Below are positions 48,777 through 58,967 of a stretch of DNA of 64,000 nt, piece after piece. A program made the translations under genes and the position numbers. The notes beneath the pieces are model-generated. The model did not search any database. It was not told the origin of the DNA and worked only from the letters and a program-made list of their open reading frames with translations. Each line of letters starts with the position of its first letter. Positions within the stretch are counted from its first letter, which is position 1. The DNA comes from Candidatus Neptunichlamydia sp. Lineage in GTDB: Bacteria; Chlamydiota; Chlamydiia; Chlamydiales; Simkaniaceae. The stretch is from NCBI GenBank assembly GCA_965233865.1, contig OZ247587.1:672001-736000 (forward strand). Reading direction: 5' to 3'.

Positions 48777-50954
48777 ATGATGCTACTGGAAATATTAAAA
48801 CGCCCGTTTAACATCTGGTTTCCCTCTCGCGTCAAGGAAAATGCGGAAGGCCTTGAGACCTTCTTAGGAGTCTATTTGCCAAGCGTCTTGCAAATGCTGG
48901 GCGTCATTTTATTTATGCGCCTTGGATGGGTTACAGGACACATTGGTCTCCCGAAAATGACGATCATCATTTTGATGGCCTCTTCAATCCTCTTTTTGAC
49001 AGGGTTATCGATGACTTCAATTGTCACGAATATGAAGATGGGAAGTGGGGGCTCGTACTATATTATTTCCCGTTCCCTTGGAATGGCATTTGGGAGCGCG
49101 ATCGGGATTCTCTTGACAATTGCCCAACTGACGACAATTGCGATTTGCGTATCGGGATTTGCAATTTCCCTTCAGGAACTGATGCCCCACCTTTCCCTAA
49201 CATTTCTGGAACTTTGCACGCTTGCAGGGCTTGCGCTTGTCTCGTCATTCCCTGTCGACTTTGTTCTTAAGACACAAGGAATTATCTTCTGCATTGTCGT
49301 CACCTCTATCGTATCGGTTTTCTTTGGAAGCAGCTCAAATATCCCTGAAACTGTTAAAGTTCTCCCCTCTTTTGAAACAGTCTCATTTTGGGCAGCATTT
49401 GCTCTTTTCTTCCCAGCAACAACGGGGATTGAATCAGGAATGGCTATGTCAGGAGATTTAAAAAGCCCCTCCCGCTCTCTAGCCATAGGGACCCTTGGCG
49501 CAGTCGTCACGGCATATATTGCCTATACATCTTTATCCATTTTCTTAGCGACAGAAGTTCCAGCCGATTATCTGAAATCCCATCCAATGATCATCTATTA
49601 TGTTTCGAAAGTGGGCATTCTCTTTATCTTGGGAGTTTGGGGAGCAACACTCTCAAGTGCCCTGGGAAGTATGATTACTTCTCCTCGCACGCTTCAAGCC
49701 CTTGCAAAAGACAACATCCTCCCTTCATTATTTGCAAAAAGTCCGCGACGGGCGGGAATTTTAATTATTATCCTAGCAACAGCAATGACTTTGTTAACCG
49801 ATATGAACCACCTCCTTCCTATCCTGTCGATGGTCTGCTTGATGACATACGGTCTCTTAAATTTTGTCGCGTTTTTTGAAACCCTTCTGAAGAATCCTAG
49901 CTGGCGCCCCCTTTTTAAAACACCCATTGCTCTTTCGCTTATTGGAACAATTGCTTGTTTGGTGAGCATGTTTATGATCAATGCAGGGTGGACCTTTATT
50001 GTCCTCTTAGCAGTCGTGGGACTCTGCTTTTGGACAACAAAGCGAAACTTAAAGGGAAATTGGAATGACATTCGCTACAGTATTTTTTCCTTTTTTGCAT
50101 CAACGGCAACAAATAAGTTAGTCCATCTTAACAAGAATCCACGGAGCTGGCGCCCCAACATATTAGCGATCGTAGACCCAGAATTAAAGGATCATGGAAT
50201 GATCAATTTCGCCCATGCCCTCAATCAATCCAAAGGATTTCTTACCTATGGAACAACTCTTCTAAAAAGTAAAAGCATTGAGTTTACACAAACGACTTTC
50301 GAAGAATATTTTAAAAAACGGGACATCCCCTGCTTTTTCCACATTAATGCCCACAAAACCTCAGCACTTGGAACACGTAGCATTGTACAGAATTATGGCT
50401 TAGGCCCCTTGCAACCAAACACCATTATTTTGAAGCCTCCAGAAGAAAAGTTAGAAGAGTTTTGTGAACTGATTTGCACTGCATATGAATTGCAGAAGAA
50501 CATCATCATCTTTCAAGGGGATGCGATTGAAAAAAAGAACTCTATCGACCTGTGGTGGGGTGGGCGGTATCACTCTAATTTTGAGCTAGCCCTTGCACTC
50601 TCTCACTTGCTGCAATCAGGAAAGGAGTGGATGAAGGCAAAGATCACAATTAAGACGATCGTCAAAAATAAAGCTGCTGAGATTCATATGACAAAACTCT
50701 TTGAAAAATACCATTCTGTCCTCCGCTTTACCAATCTCTGCTTTAAGTCCTATCTTGATGAATCAACCGATTTTTATGCGCATATCACTGAATGCTCAAC
50801 AGAGGCTGATTTGACATTCTTGGGACTAAGGGCCCCGGACTTTGATGACTACAATACCTATTACAAGCGACTCATAAAGCAAACGGCAGGAATAAAAAAT
50901 GTGGCTTACGTCCTAGCAGGAGAAAAACTCAACTTTCAAGGAATTTTCGAATGA
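48777..50954 (+). CDS. Cation-chloride cotransporter (SLC12/CCC)-like APC permease
   Basis: GVYLPSVLQMLGVILFMRLGW, GGSYYIISRSLG, FFPATTGIESG, WRP motifs, GLGPLQPNT cytoplasmic domain. Start moved past the msrA remnant. Confidence 0.85.
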   Translation: MMLLEILKRPFNIWFPSRVKENAEGLETFLGVYLPSVLQMLGVILFMRLGWVTGHIGLPKMTIIILMASSILFLTGLSMTSIVTNMKMGSGGSYYIISRSLGMAFGSAIGILLTIAQLTTIAICVSGFAISLQELMPHLSLTFLELCTLAGLALVSSFPVDFVLKTQGIIFCIVVTSIVSVFFGSSSNIPETVKVLPSFETVSFWAAFALFFPATTGIESGMAMSGDLKSPSRSLAIGTLGAVVTAYIAYTSLSIFLATEVPADYLKSHPMIIYYVSKVGILFILGVWGATLSSALGSMITSPRTLQALAKDNILPSLFAKSPRRAGILIIILATAMTLLTDMNHLLPILSMVCLMTYGLLNFVAFFETLLKNPSWRPLFKTPIALSLIGTIACLVSMFMINAGWTFIVLLAVVGLCFWTTKRNLKGNWNDIRYSIFSFFASTATNKLVHLNKNPRSWRPNILAIVDPELKDHGMINFAHALNQSKGFLTYGTTLLKSKSIEFTQTTFEEYFKKRDIPCFFHINAHKTSALGTRSIVQNYGLGPLQPNTIILKPPEEKLEEFCELICTAYELQKNIIIFQGDAIEKKNSIDLWWGGRYHSNFELALALSHLLQSGKEWMKAKITIKTIVKNKAAEIHMTKLFEKYHSVLRFTNLCFKSYLDESTDFYAHITECSTEADLTFLGLRAPDFDDYNTYYKRLIKQTAGIKNVAYVLAGEKLNFQGIFE

Positions 50955-51673
50955 AAGTACTCATCTATGCCGATGAAGGAGTCAGTTCATTTTCTCTTCA
51001 AGAAACGTTGAAAACTTTTCGCATGCGTTATGCCAACGTGGAGACTGTAGACCACAAAGTTCTTCGCAATAGTGATTGGGAAAAAGAGACATCCCTCCTT
51101 ATTATTCCAGGAGGAAGAGACATCCCTTATGACCGAAAACTCAAAGGAAAGGGAACGGCTAAAATTCGAAAATTTGTAGAGGAAGGAGGTAACTTTCTAG
51201 GTATCTGTGCCGGTGCATACTTTGCCTCCGCCGAAGTCATCTTCGAAAAAGGAACCTTTCTTGAAGTTCATGAGAAGAGGGAGCTCTCTTTTTTTCCAGG
51301 AGCGGCCGTAGGAACTCTTTATCCTCATTCCCCCTTCGTTTACGAATCAGAAGAGGGCTCTCATGCCTCTTCCGTCACGTTCAAAGGAGAGGAGCTCAAT
51401 CTCTACTATAATGGAGGGTGCACCTTCAAAGATGCAGAGAAATACCCCAGAATTACCGTCCTTGCTCGCTTTCATGATGCTGCAGACCAACCCGCAATTA
51501 TTCATTGCAAAGTTGGGAAGGGAAGCACAATTCTTTCGGGCGTTCATTTTGAAGTAAGCCAAAAAAATTTAAAAAAAGAGGGCTGCAAGCAAAAAATGAT
51601 CGATCGTTTAAAAAGCTCGGATTCAAAAAGGGACCGCCTCATCGCTTCTCTCATGAGTTTACTAAACTCATGA
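50951..51673 (+). CDS. BPL_N (biotin-protein ligase N-terminal, GATase1-like) protein
   Basis: VLIYADEG, PGGRDIPY, FLGICAGAY, YYNGG and LSGVHFE motifs. Confidence 0.85.
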   Translation: MKVLIYADEGVSSFSLQETLKTFRMRYANVETVDHKVLRNSDWEKETSLLIIPGGRDIPYDRKLKGKGTAKIRKFVEEGGNFLGICAGAYFASAEVIFEKGTFLEVHEKRELSFFPGAAVGTLYPHSPFVYESEEGSHASSVTFKGEELNLYYNGGCTFKDAEKYPRITVLARFHDAADQPAIIHCKVGKGSTILSGVHFEVSQKNLKKEGCKQKMIDRLKSSDSKRDRLIASLMSLLNS

Positions 51674-52929
51674 GAACTTCAAAAAGACAATTTTGGGTTA
51701 ACTTTGCTGCCGCAAGCGCAGGAAATTTTTTTGAGCATTATGACAAAGCCCTCTTTGCGTTCTTAGCCCCCTTTCTAGCCCCTCTTTTTTTTGAAACTTC
51801 ATCGACAATTACCGCACTGATTTATACCTATGCAATGATGCCTATTGGATTATTTTCGAGACCGTTTGGAGCCCTTATCTTCGGCCGAATTGGGGACCGA
51901 AAAGGAAGAAAATCTGCCCTATACTTAACATTGATTGGAATGGCCCTTACGACAACCCTTATGGGATGCATCCCTATCTACAAAACAGCAGGATGGATTG
52001 CTCCAAGCCTGCTTGCCCTCGGTCGCTTGGTCCAAAACTTTTTTGCATCTGGAGAAACAACAGGAGGAGCTCTTCTGATTTTAGAGTCATGTCCTGAAAA
52101 ACGTCGCAGTTTTTATAACAGCCTTTACGAATGTTCAACGATTCTAGGGATCTTAGTCGCTTCTTTTGGAGTAACATTTCTCAGTTTTCAAGGATCGATT
52201 GAAACAACATGGCGGATACTCTACTGGATTGGAGGCACCACCGGTATTCTTGGCCTATTCATGCGTTTCGCTGCGGTTGAGGGGGAGATTTTACCAAAGC
52301 CTCGTGTTTCGATTCTTCCTCTTCTTTGGAAATACCGATTTCAATTTCTAATGATCATATTTACTTCTGGGTTTTCTTACGCCAACTACTATATGATCAC
52401 TTCATTCCTCAATGGATATCTTCCACTTATCGGCTCGGTTACAAGGGAAGAGGCAATGCAAGCAAACACCTATATCTTGGGATTCGATTTCCTTCTACTG
52501 CCTCTTGCAGGAATTTTGGCTACTCGATTTTCAAAAGAGAGGATCCTCCTCTTTTTTGGAGGGTTAATTTGCATCCTTGCGATTCCCCTCTATTCCTTTT
52601 TGGCTACAGCGCCATTAATGATGGTCATGGCAATTCGACTAGTATTTGTCTCTTTTGGGGTAGGGTTTTCAGTGGTCTTAGCCCCTTTTTATCAAAATCT
52701 CATTCCTGCAGAAAGTCGCTATACATTGATAGCCTTTGGAAATGCAATCGGTTCTCAGCTCTTAGGAACAAGTGCTTGCAGCTTTAGCTTCTTTCTCTAT
52801 AAGCAAACAGGGTGGGTCGCTTCTCCAGCTCTTTACTTGATGGGACTTGCCACTATAGCAATCTTTACTATCTATCTAGGAAGTCACCTCCCGGCAGCGG
52901 GTCTTTCTAAGGAAAAGATTGAACATTAA
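51670..52929 (+). CDS. MFS transporter, ProP/MHS-like
   Basis: GNFFEHYD, RPFGALIFGRIGDRKGRK and GRLVQ motifs. Confidence 0.88.
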   Translation: MRTSKRQFWVNFAAASAGNFFEHYDKALFAFLAPFLAPLFFETSSTITALIYTYAMMPIGLFSRPFGALIFGRIGDRKGRKSALYLTLIGMALTTTLMGCIPIYKTAGWIAPSLLALGRLVQNFFASGETTGGALLILESCPEKRRSFYNSLYECSTILGILVASFGVTFLSFQGSIETTWRILYWIGGTTGILGLFMRFAAVEGEILPKPRVSILPLLWKYRFQFLMIIFTSGFSYANYYMITSFLNGYLPLIGSVTREEAMQANTYILGFDFLLLPLAGILATRFSKERILLFFGGLICILAIPLYSFLATAPLMMVMAIRLVFVSFGVGFSVVLAPFYQNLIPAESRYTLIAFGNAIGSQLLGTSACSFSFFLYKQTGWVASPALYLMGLATIAIFTIYLGSHLPAAGLSKEKIEH

Positions 52930-52992
52930 TCTATGATGGGCTTAGCATCGGCCAAGAAGCTTTAATTTGATAACCTATTTAGGAGATGACTG

Positions 52993-53334
52993 ATGAAAAA
53001 GCTGCTAAATTTGTTTTTCCTGTCCTGCTTTGCTTTTTCTGCGAGCACTTTTTGTAACTCATGTGACAGGGACGCCCTTTTTTTAAAACAGACAGAGGTG
53101 GAATCTGGAACCCTTGCTGTTGATCTAGAAAATCTTGAAATCAATTCTGATGGGATCTTTATGCATCATAATGGACTATGAATCCGGCTTCAGGGTATCA
53201 TCATGGATGATTGCGAAGGGCTGATTGGTATAAGGGATCAATGGAGCTTTACATGGAGATGTCCAAAATGCACCTTTGAAAATAGCCCGTTCAGTAGGAC
53301 GTGTAAATCATGAGGTTACATGCCTCCCAGGTGA
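52993..53334 (+). pseudogene. Secreted protein with RanBP2-like zinc finger, two in-frame TGA
   Basis: Signal peptide MKKLL...; frame continues past TGA 53179 to WRCPKCTFENSPFSRTCKS*GYMPPR*. Confidence 0.6.
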
Positions 53335-53337
53335 TCT

Positions 53338-54342
53338 ATGAAAAAGCTTTTCTTCTCTCTCTTGCTCTTGGGCTTGTTGGTTTCATGCAGATCAAATAAC
53401 AAGACGTCTAAGTATAACTTTGCTTCAAGTGAGCAGAGGGAAGATGTAGAGAAATTTCTAAGAAATCTGCTGTTCTTCGAAAGAGGTGTGTACACCTTAT
53501 TGGGAAGCAAGCCTGTTACTGTCTTTGACCTATTTGAACCAACAGAGGATCTTACTCAATCTATTCAGAATTTTTTGGATTACCCCGGAATTAGAATATA
53601 CGTCAACAAAGACAAAGAGAGCGACCTCTGTTTTTATTCTACCTTGAAAGAAGTAGATAAGAAGAAGGTGGTCCTTTTTTCTGATGAGAATTACATTTTC
53701 AATATCTATGAATTGTGGGAAAAGTAGGGAAACTTTTATTCCAGCCTTAATCTTTCGAGGAAATATCTGCTAATCAAAAGAGAAATGGTTCCATCTAGTG
53801 ACGAGTCTCAAGAACCGCCAACCGAAAAGGGGTATCATGTTGCATTTGTCAATGTTTTACAGACTGCCTGTTTACTACAAAATTACTATGAACTTTTCAA
53901 AAATGCTCTAGGAGAAAACTTCATGCCTCTTAAGGAGGCGATGGCAATAGAAAGCCCAGAGTCTTCCTTGTGGAAACTCTTGTTTCCTGAAAATGCTGAT
54001 AATTATCATCTACAGAGGGGATTGTTGCTCGAGTGTGCCCTGGACGATGCGCAAGTATTTCATTGGAAGCATGAAAAAAATCTAGATAGGATTCTGATCC
54101 ACACTTTCTTTGATGAAATCCCTCAATATGCGATCGATTCTCCAGACAAGCATTTTTACAAGACTCATCCATTTTCTGCTGATAACTTTCTGATTCCCCC
54201 CTTTGTCACCTTTTCTCTTCTATCAGAGCAAAGAGACAAGTACTATGTAGAAAAGGGTCGAATCATGGATTTTTATAAGGGAAAGGATTTTGCCGAGATA
54301 ACGGTAGACATTCTTACGGGTTCCTTCCAGCCCGACTTTTAG
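53338..54342 (+). pseudogene. Lipoprotein gene split by one premature TAG
   Basis: Lipobox LVSC; ORFs 53338-53727 and 53785-54342 share one frame separated only by TAG 53725-53727. Confidence 0.72.
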
Positions 54343-54503
54343 AGCTAGCAAAATAGGCATGTTATGAAAGCTCTGATCTTAGAAAGGGGTTTTTTCACTA
54401 AGCGATTCAGACAGAAAGAGAAGGAATGATGCAGAATATAAATCAGAAAAATAAATTTTGGAACTGCTCAATGCGGGTTTCAACTATCTCAATATTAGGC
54501 CAC

Positions 54504-54531
54504 AAAAAAAACCTCGCGGAAAACCGCGAGG
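54504..54531 (-). terminator. Rho-independent terminator of the translocon-like operon
   Basis: Minus strand CCTCGCGG-TTTT-CCGCGAGG followed by T8, about 27 nt after the stop at 54559. Confidence 0.9.
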
Positions 54532-54558
54532 GCGTGTGTAAAAGTGCAAGGGATCAAA

Positions 54559-55527
54559 TTAGCCCAACATATCAGCATTATTAATCGCTATCAGCGCCTG
54601 GTTTATCTCCGAAGCACTTTGCACAAACTTGGTTGAAGAGCTTTGCAGTTGCTGCAATGTACCCTGAGCCATTTGCATAGCTGCTTGCCCATTGGTTGCA
54701 TCAGCCTGGTCTTCTCCATATTTTTTTTGTGGAGTAGCCGAAGCTGCTTGCCCAATTCCAGCAGATGCCTTTGATAAAGACTCCGATATTCCAGAAACAA
54801 AATTTGGAAGCTGCATTTTTGCTTGCTTGATATCACGTAGCTCTACTTGCTTTTCTTCAATGTGAGCAGAAAGATGCTTTTGTAACTTTTTAAATTCTGC
54901 ATCTTCCATGTTATTAACATGTGCTTTCTCAGATTCAGAAGGAGTTTCAGCTTTCCCATCTTTAACAAATGTTTTTTTATTTAATATCCTTTCTACTGCT
55001 TCATTACCTGCTTGAGTATCAGTACCCGATTCCCAATCTCCTCCAAGAGGCTCTAGCTTATCAAGTCCTGGCTCCACTTCCTCTAAACGAACGTCCGGAG
55101 TACGAGATAGTTCTTTTAAGTAGCTTTTAGCCCCTTCTATTTCCTGGTTGCATTGAGTTTCCTCTGGAGATACACCCATAGACTTATAGAAAGAGAAAGA
55201 ATTGGCTCCCATTGAAACACCTCCACCAACAGCTTGGCCAATTCCCTGGCAAAGAGCCGCGTTAAACTGATCCACTCCTTGCTGAATTTGTGCATTTGCT
55301 GTTACTTGTGCAAGAGAGCTGGTCACTGTTGATTGGAGCTGAAATTGATATCCATATTGATTTGCAATTTTCACAAAATCCCCTTGGAGCTTCAGAAAAG
55401 CTACTATACATTGCCCCAAAGTCCCAGGCATTAACTCCCCTAACTTTACACCACCAGTAGCTTTTTTTGACGCCTTTGAGGAAACAGAATCTCCACCACT
55501 AGCATTTGTACTTCTTATATTTTCCAT
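54559..55527 (-). CDS. Putative T3SS minor translocator (CopD/SctB-like)
   Basis: Ser-rich N-terminus, small-residue hydrophobic segment, A/Q/S-rich amphipathic C-terminus; downstream of an SctE-like gene. Confidence 0.55.
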   Translation of the reverse strand: MENIRSTNASGGDSVSSKASKKATGGVKLGELMPGTLGQCIVAFLKLQGDFVKIANQYGYQFQLQSTVTSSLAQVTANAQIQQGVDQFNAALCQGIGQAVGGGVSMGANSFSFYKSMGVSPEETQCNQEIEGAKSYLKELSRTPDVRLEEVEPGLDKLEPLGGDWESGTDTQAGNEAVERILNKKTFVKDGKAETPSESEKAHVNNMEDAEFKKLQKHLSAHIEEKQVELRDIKQAKMQLPNFVSGISESLSKASAGIGQAASATPQKKYGEDQADATNGQAAMQMAQGTLQQLQSSSTKFVQSASEINQALIAINNADMLG

Positions 55528-55551
55528 GTATATTACCTTTTTTAATAAAAA

Positions 55552-57114
55552 TTAACCATTTGCAAGCAAAGATTTTGCTACCGCCTCGCCAGAGCCAACA
55601 GCTGTTTTTCCAAACCCTCTTAACATTTTTTCTAGCGTTTGCATATCAGACTTAAGCCTACTACTAAGGTCTGACAGCATGTTATCGTTCATTGACATAC
55701 TCATATGAATCTCAGTCATTGACGCTTCTGCTTGGGCAATAACCTTTTTCATTTCCCCTTCAATAACTTTAGCCCCTCCCTGTGCTACTTCTACGCCACC
55801 TTGAGCTGCCGCTGCTCCAGTTTGAATAGCTGCTCCTAGCTCTTTAAAATTATCTGCATTGTCTAAGAGGTATTGGATGAGTTTATTATTAGGGCCTTCA
55901 GCTGATTTACTTATTGAGCTCGATCCGCCAGCAGTTGCCGCAATAGTTGCCGCCACTTGAGTAAGAACAGCTACAATAAGCAGCAGTATTTTCTTCCAAC
56001 CTTTGGCGCCTGTAGCATTTATGGTATCAAACGCAATGGAGGACTGACCAATGCCACTAGCGGCTCCCATGCATGTCACCCCAGTAACACGCTTCCCATT
56101 AATACGAAACTTAGAAGCCTCTTGATCAGAAGTTTTTAAAATCGTTCCTTCAATCTCTTCAGTAACCTCTACGCCTACTTCTTCAGCAACCTCCGCACTA
56201 ACCTCTTTAGAAGCTGCAGAAATAGCAGCAGCACCCCCAGTTGCCATCGCAAAAGCCGTGATAATCACAATGGTAATCAGATCTGCAAGAATCTTGGCAA
56301 CAGACTTAGACATGTGCTTAGCAAGCTCTTCTGTGATTCCCTTAGTCATATCATTCGTGACACCTTCCTCTGATAAGACAAAAAGCATCGCTCCAATTAA
56401 TGCAATTTCAGGCTGTCCAGTAAGTGCTGCAGTAGCAATCATTATGATTGATAGGATCGTACTGACCCACGGAAGAGCTTCACTTTTTAGACATTTCTCT
56501 CCAAATTTTTTTGCATCTTTAACATCACCGATTAATAGACAGTCAAGGGCCATTCTTGCATCAAAAACAAGTTCCCCAAGACTCTTTAAATCTTTTAACC
56601 CTTGCTTAATGTCCTTATTATATATGCTTTTAGCATCCTCTGGCCGAACTATCAGCTCAACACATCCAATAACCGCCTTAAAAATATGGCAAATAAAATG
56701 CCAGAAAGAATGGTGCTTATGTTGTTCTGCTACTTCTTTTATTACCTTATTTAACTGAGCTTCATCAAGTTTTTGAAAAATTTTTCCAATCTCAACGCTT
56801 TGGTTCGATAATTTTTGGTTATTCTCAAGCATCCACTGCCCAATTTCCGCAAGAGCAGCATCCATCGCAAAAATATCTTTCATGTTAGCTTTGTTAGATG
56901 AGCTACTTCCTGGTGCTGATGTCGGAGCTTCTGGCTTTGGAGTATCTGGCTTTAGACCAGACGTAGAGGCTTTAGCAGAATCAGTTAAGCTATCACTTAG
57001 AGAACAAAGCGACAAACTCAATAGGTCACTATTTGCTGGAATTTTTTTATTTGATCGAACATTAAATAGCTTCTGACTAAGTTGTTCATTAGACGTTAAA
57101 GTATTATTTAACAT
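55552..57114 (-). CDS. Putative T3SS major translocator (CopB/SctE-like)
   Basis: Disordered Ser/Pro N-terminus, coiled coil, long Ala/Gly-rich hydrophobic segments, C-terminal coiled coil. Confidence 0.62.
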   Translation of the reverse strand: MLNNTLTSNEQLSQKLFNVRSNKKIPANSDLLSLSLCSLSDSLTDSAKASTSGLKPDTPKPEAPTSAPGSSSSNKANMKDIFAMDAALAEIGQWMLENNQKLSNQSVEIGKIFQKLDEAQLNKVIKEVAEQHKHHSFWHFICHIFKAVIGCVELIVRPEDAKSIYNKDIKQGLKDLKSLGELVFDARMALDCLLIGDVKDAKKFGEKCLKSEALPWVSTILSIIMIATAALTGQPEIALIGAMLFVLSEEGVTNDMTKGITEELAKHMSKSVAKILADLITIVIITAFAMATGGAAAISAASKEVSAEVAEEVGVEVTEEIEGTILKTSDQEASKFRINGKRVTGVTCMGAASGIGQSSIAFDTINATGAKGWKKILLLIVAVLTQVAATIAATAGGSSSISKSAEGPNNKLIQYLLDNADNFKELGAAIQTGAAAAQGGVEVAQGGAKVIEGEMKKVIAQAEASMTEIHMSMSMNDNMLSDLSSRLKSDMQTLEKMLRGFGKTAVGSGEAVAKSLLANG

Positions 57115-57151
57115 AATTTATCCTGTTATTATTAATTTTTTAGGAGACCGC

Positions 57152-57580
57152 TTATCCTAGCTGGCCTTGCAACAGATTCCCTGTGTATTTTAATAGCTCA
57201 GTAGCATCTGAGGCAAACTGGATCGTCATTTGCTGAGATTGAGCTAACTGTTGCGATGAGGTTTGCATCGATTGGACGTTATTATTGGCCACATTCTCTA
57301 TGTTTTGAAATTTTTGATTGTCACAATTGTAGTTATTTTCATCTATTCCAGCCTGGCTAGAACTCTTACCATCATTTTGAACTTTCTTGCTATCCTGCTC
57401 TAGACAATCGGAAGCCTCATCATAAATCGTTTTAAGCACATCTGCTAATTGCGCTGTTGTTTTTGCATCCATAGCCTCATTATTCGACTGAGATTGCTCT
57501 AATTCTTCAGACGCTTTTACAATTAATTCCAAGGGAGGTGCCCTAAGTGGTTTTATAGGAGGTGAAATATCTTGACTCAT
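57152..57580 (-). CDS. Small Q/N/S-rich helical protein (DUF720- or EspA-like secreted protein)
   Basis: NQKFQNIENVANNNVQSMQTSSQQLAQSQQMTIQFASDATELLK pattern; operonic. Confidence 0.55.
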   Translation of the reverse strand: MSQDISPPIKPLRAPPLELIVKASEELEQSQSNNEAMDAKTTAQLADVLKTIYDEASDCLEQDSKKVQNDGKSSSQAGIDENNYNCDNQKFQNIENVANNNVQSMQTSSQQLAQSQQMTIQFASDATELLKYTGNLLQGQLG

Positions 57581-57598
57581 ATTTATACCCTTATTTTT

Positions 57599-58696
57599 TT
57601 ATTGCTTCATTGAACTGTTTGCTTGCTTTTCTAAACTTATAACATTACTCATCGTTGTGTTATCCATCCCCTCATACTGCTGAGCATTACTCTGTAGATA
57701 CTTCACTTCCGCCTGCACTTGCGATGACTGACTATTTAAATCACTTGAAACCGCTGTGAATGCATTTGTGTATGGCCCAATTTCTGAGGTCTTACTGCTA
57801 CTACCAGAAGCACTCCAAGTATTCCCCCAAACTTTTAAAATAGAATCATTTGTAACGGTGCTAGGGATTGTAGGTGGAAGATTTCCTCCATCAATATTAG
57901 TTCCGAAAATTACGCCAATCTGTTTCAGAAAATCCTGGTAAACATTAGAAGGTAAGTCGCCATTTTTGTGCATCCAGGCCGCCTCTGCAAGAAACTTGTT
58001 TGCTTCCCCAACAGGATCTGCTGCCATATCTTGAGACACCTCTGTGTCAGTCGCAGAATGAACTATGCCGTTAATGCCAATAATTCTAGATGCAGGCCAC
58101 TTAGTACCTCCTGAATGCTTACCTTGTTGGTCATTCGTTATCAATCCAAGTAATTGCTTATTTTTTGTATCAAGGGTTGGTGCGCCATTAATTCCATCTG
58201 GATTTGTCCATGCAGCAGGACAATCATTGTAATGGAATAATTCTTTCGCATGTCCAATAAATTGCTTATATTGACTATCTGAAACAACTCCTTGGTTATG
58301 CAAGAGATACATTTGCTTAAAAAGATCATTCATATCTGCTGTTGCTTTACCTATATTACTTTTAATACCACTACCAGAAGGCCCGCCCCAATAATCATTG
58401 TTAATATTGTTTATGTCATTTTGAGCTTTAATGCATTCTGAATAATTTTTGGATCTATTAAACGAGGCTTGAATAGAATTTAGAAAACCATTCATCCCAG
58501 AAATATCATTCATCAGATTTCCTTGCTTTGCCATTTCTTGCTGCGTAAATTCGTTTAGTATTGGAAATGCAGCCCATGCAAGTGAAAGGAGTACTTCCCC
58601 TGCATTCGCTTTGCTATTGTGCAGATAATTCCATTCTTGCTTCCATTTTTCTGGAAGAGAAGGTTTTGTTTTATTCAAATTTACATCTTCTATCAT
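57599..58696 (-). CDS. Hypothetical secreted-type protein, first gene of the translocon-like operon
   Basis: 365 aa, N/S/Q-rich, internal repeat, C-terminal coiled coil; AGGA SD. Confidence 0.7.
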   Translation of the reverse strand: MIEDVNLNKTKPSLPEKWKQEWNYLHNSKANAGEVLLSLAWAAFPILNEFTQQEMAKQGNLMNDISGMNGFLNSIQASFNRSKNYSECIKAQNDINNINNDYWGGPSGSGIKSNIGKATADMNDLFKQMYLLHNQGVVSDSQYKQFIGHAKELFHYNDCPAAWTNPDGINGAPTLDTKNKQLLGLITNDQQGKHSGGTKWPASRIIGINGIVHSATDTEVSQDMAADPVGEANKFLAEAAWMHKNGDLPSNVYQDFLKQIGVIFGTNIDGGNLPPTIPSTVTNDSILKVWGNTWSASGSSSKTSEIGPYTNAFTAVSSDLNSQSSQVQAEVKYLQSNAQQYEGMDNTTMSNVISLEKQANSSMKQ

Positions 58697-58967
58697 ATTA
58701 ATTTTATCCTGGTTTTCTTTTTAAGCGCTTTCGTCCTTAGTTATATTATATATTTAATATATTTATAAATCAATCATTAAATTGAAAATATCAATTATAT
58801 TAACCTCCATCACAAGAAAATCCATAAATTATTACAAAGATTTTGTACACAGAGAGAAAAAAGCAGGGGAATTGTTCAAGTAGTTCTTATTTAAGACATT
58901 AAATAATTAGTATCATTCTGTTAGCTTTAAGATTGCAGAGAATTAGTGTAAAGCTTTTCTGCTAATC

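Noticed and set aside
53311..53313. Selenocysteine readthrough at a TGA in a Cys position
   Set aside because: A second in-frame TGA lies upstream, no SECIS-like hairpin is evident, and the neighbouring gene is also broken, so pseudogenisation is simpler.
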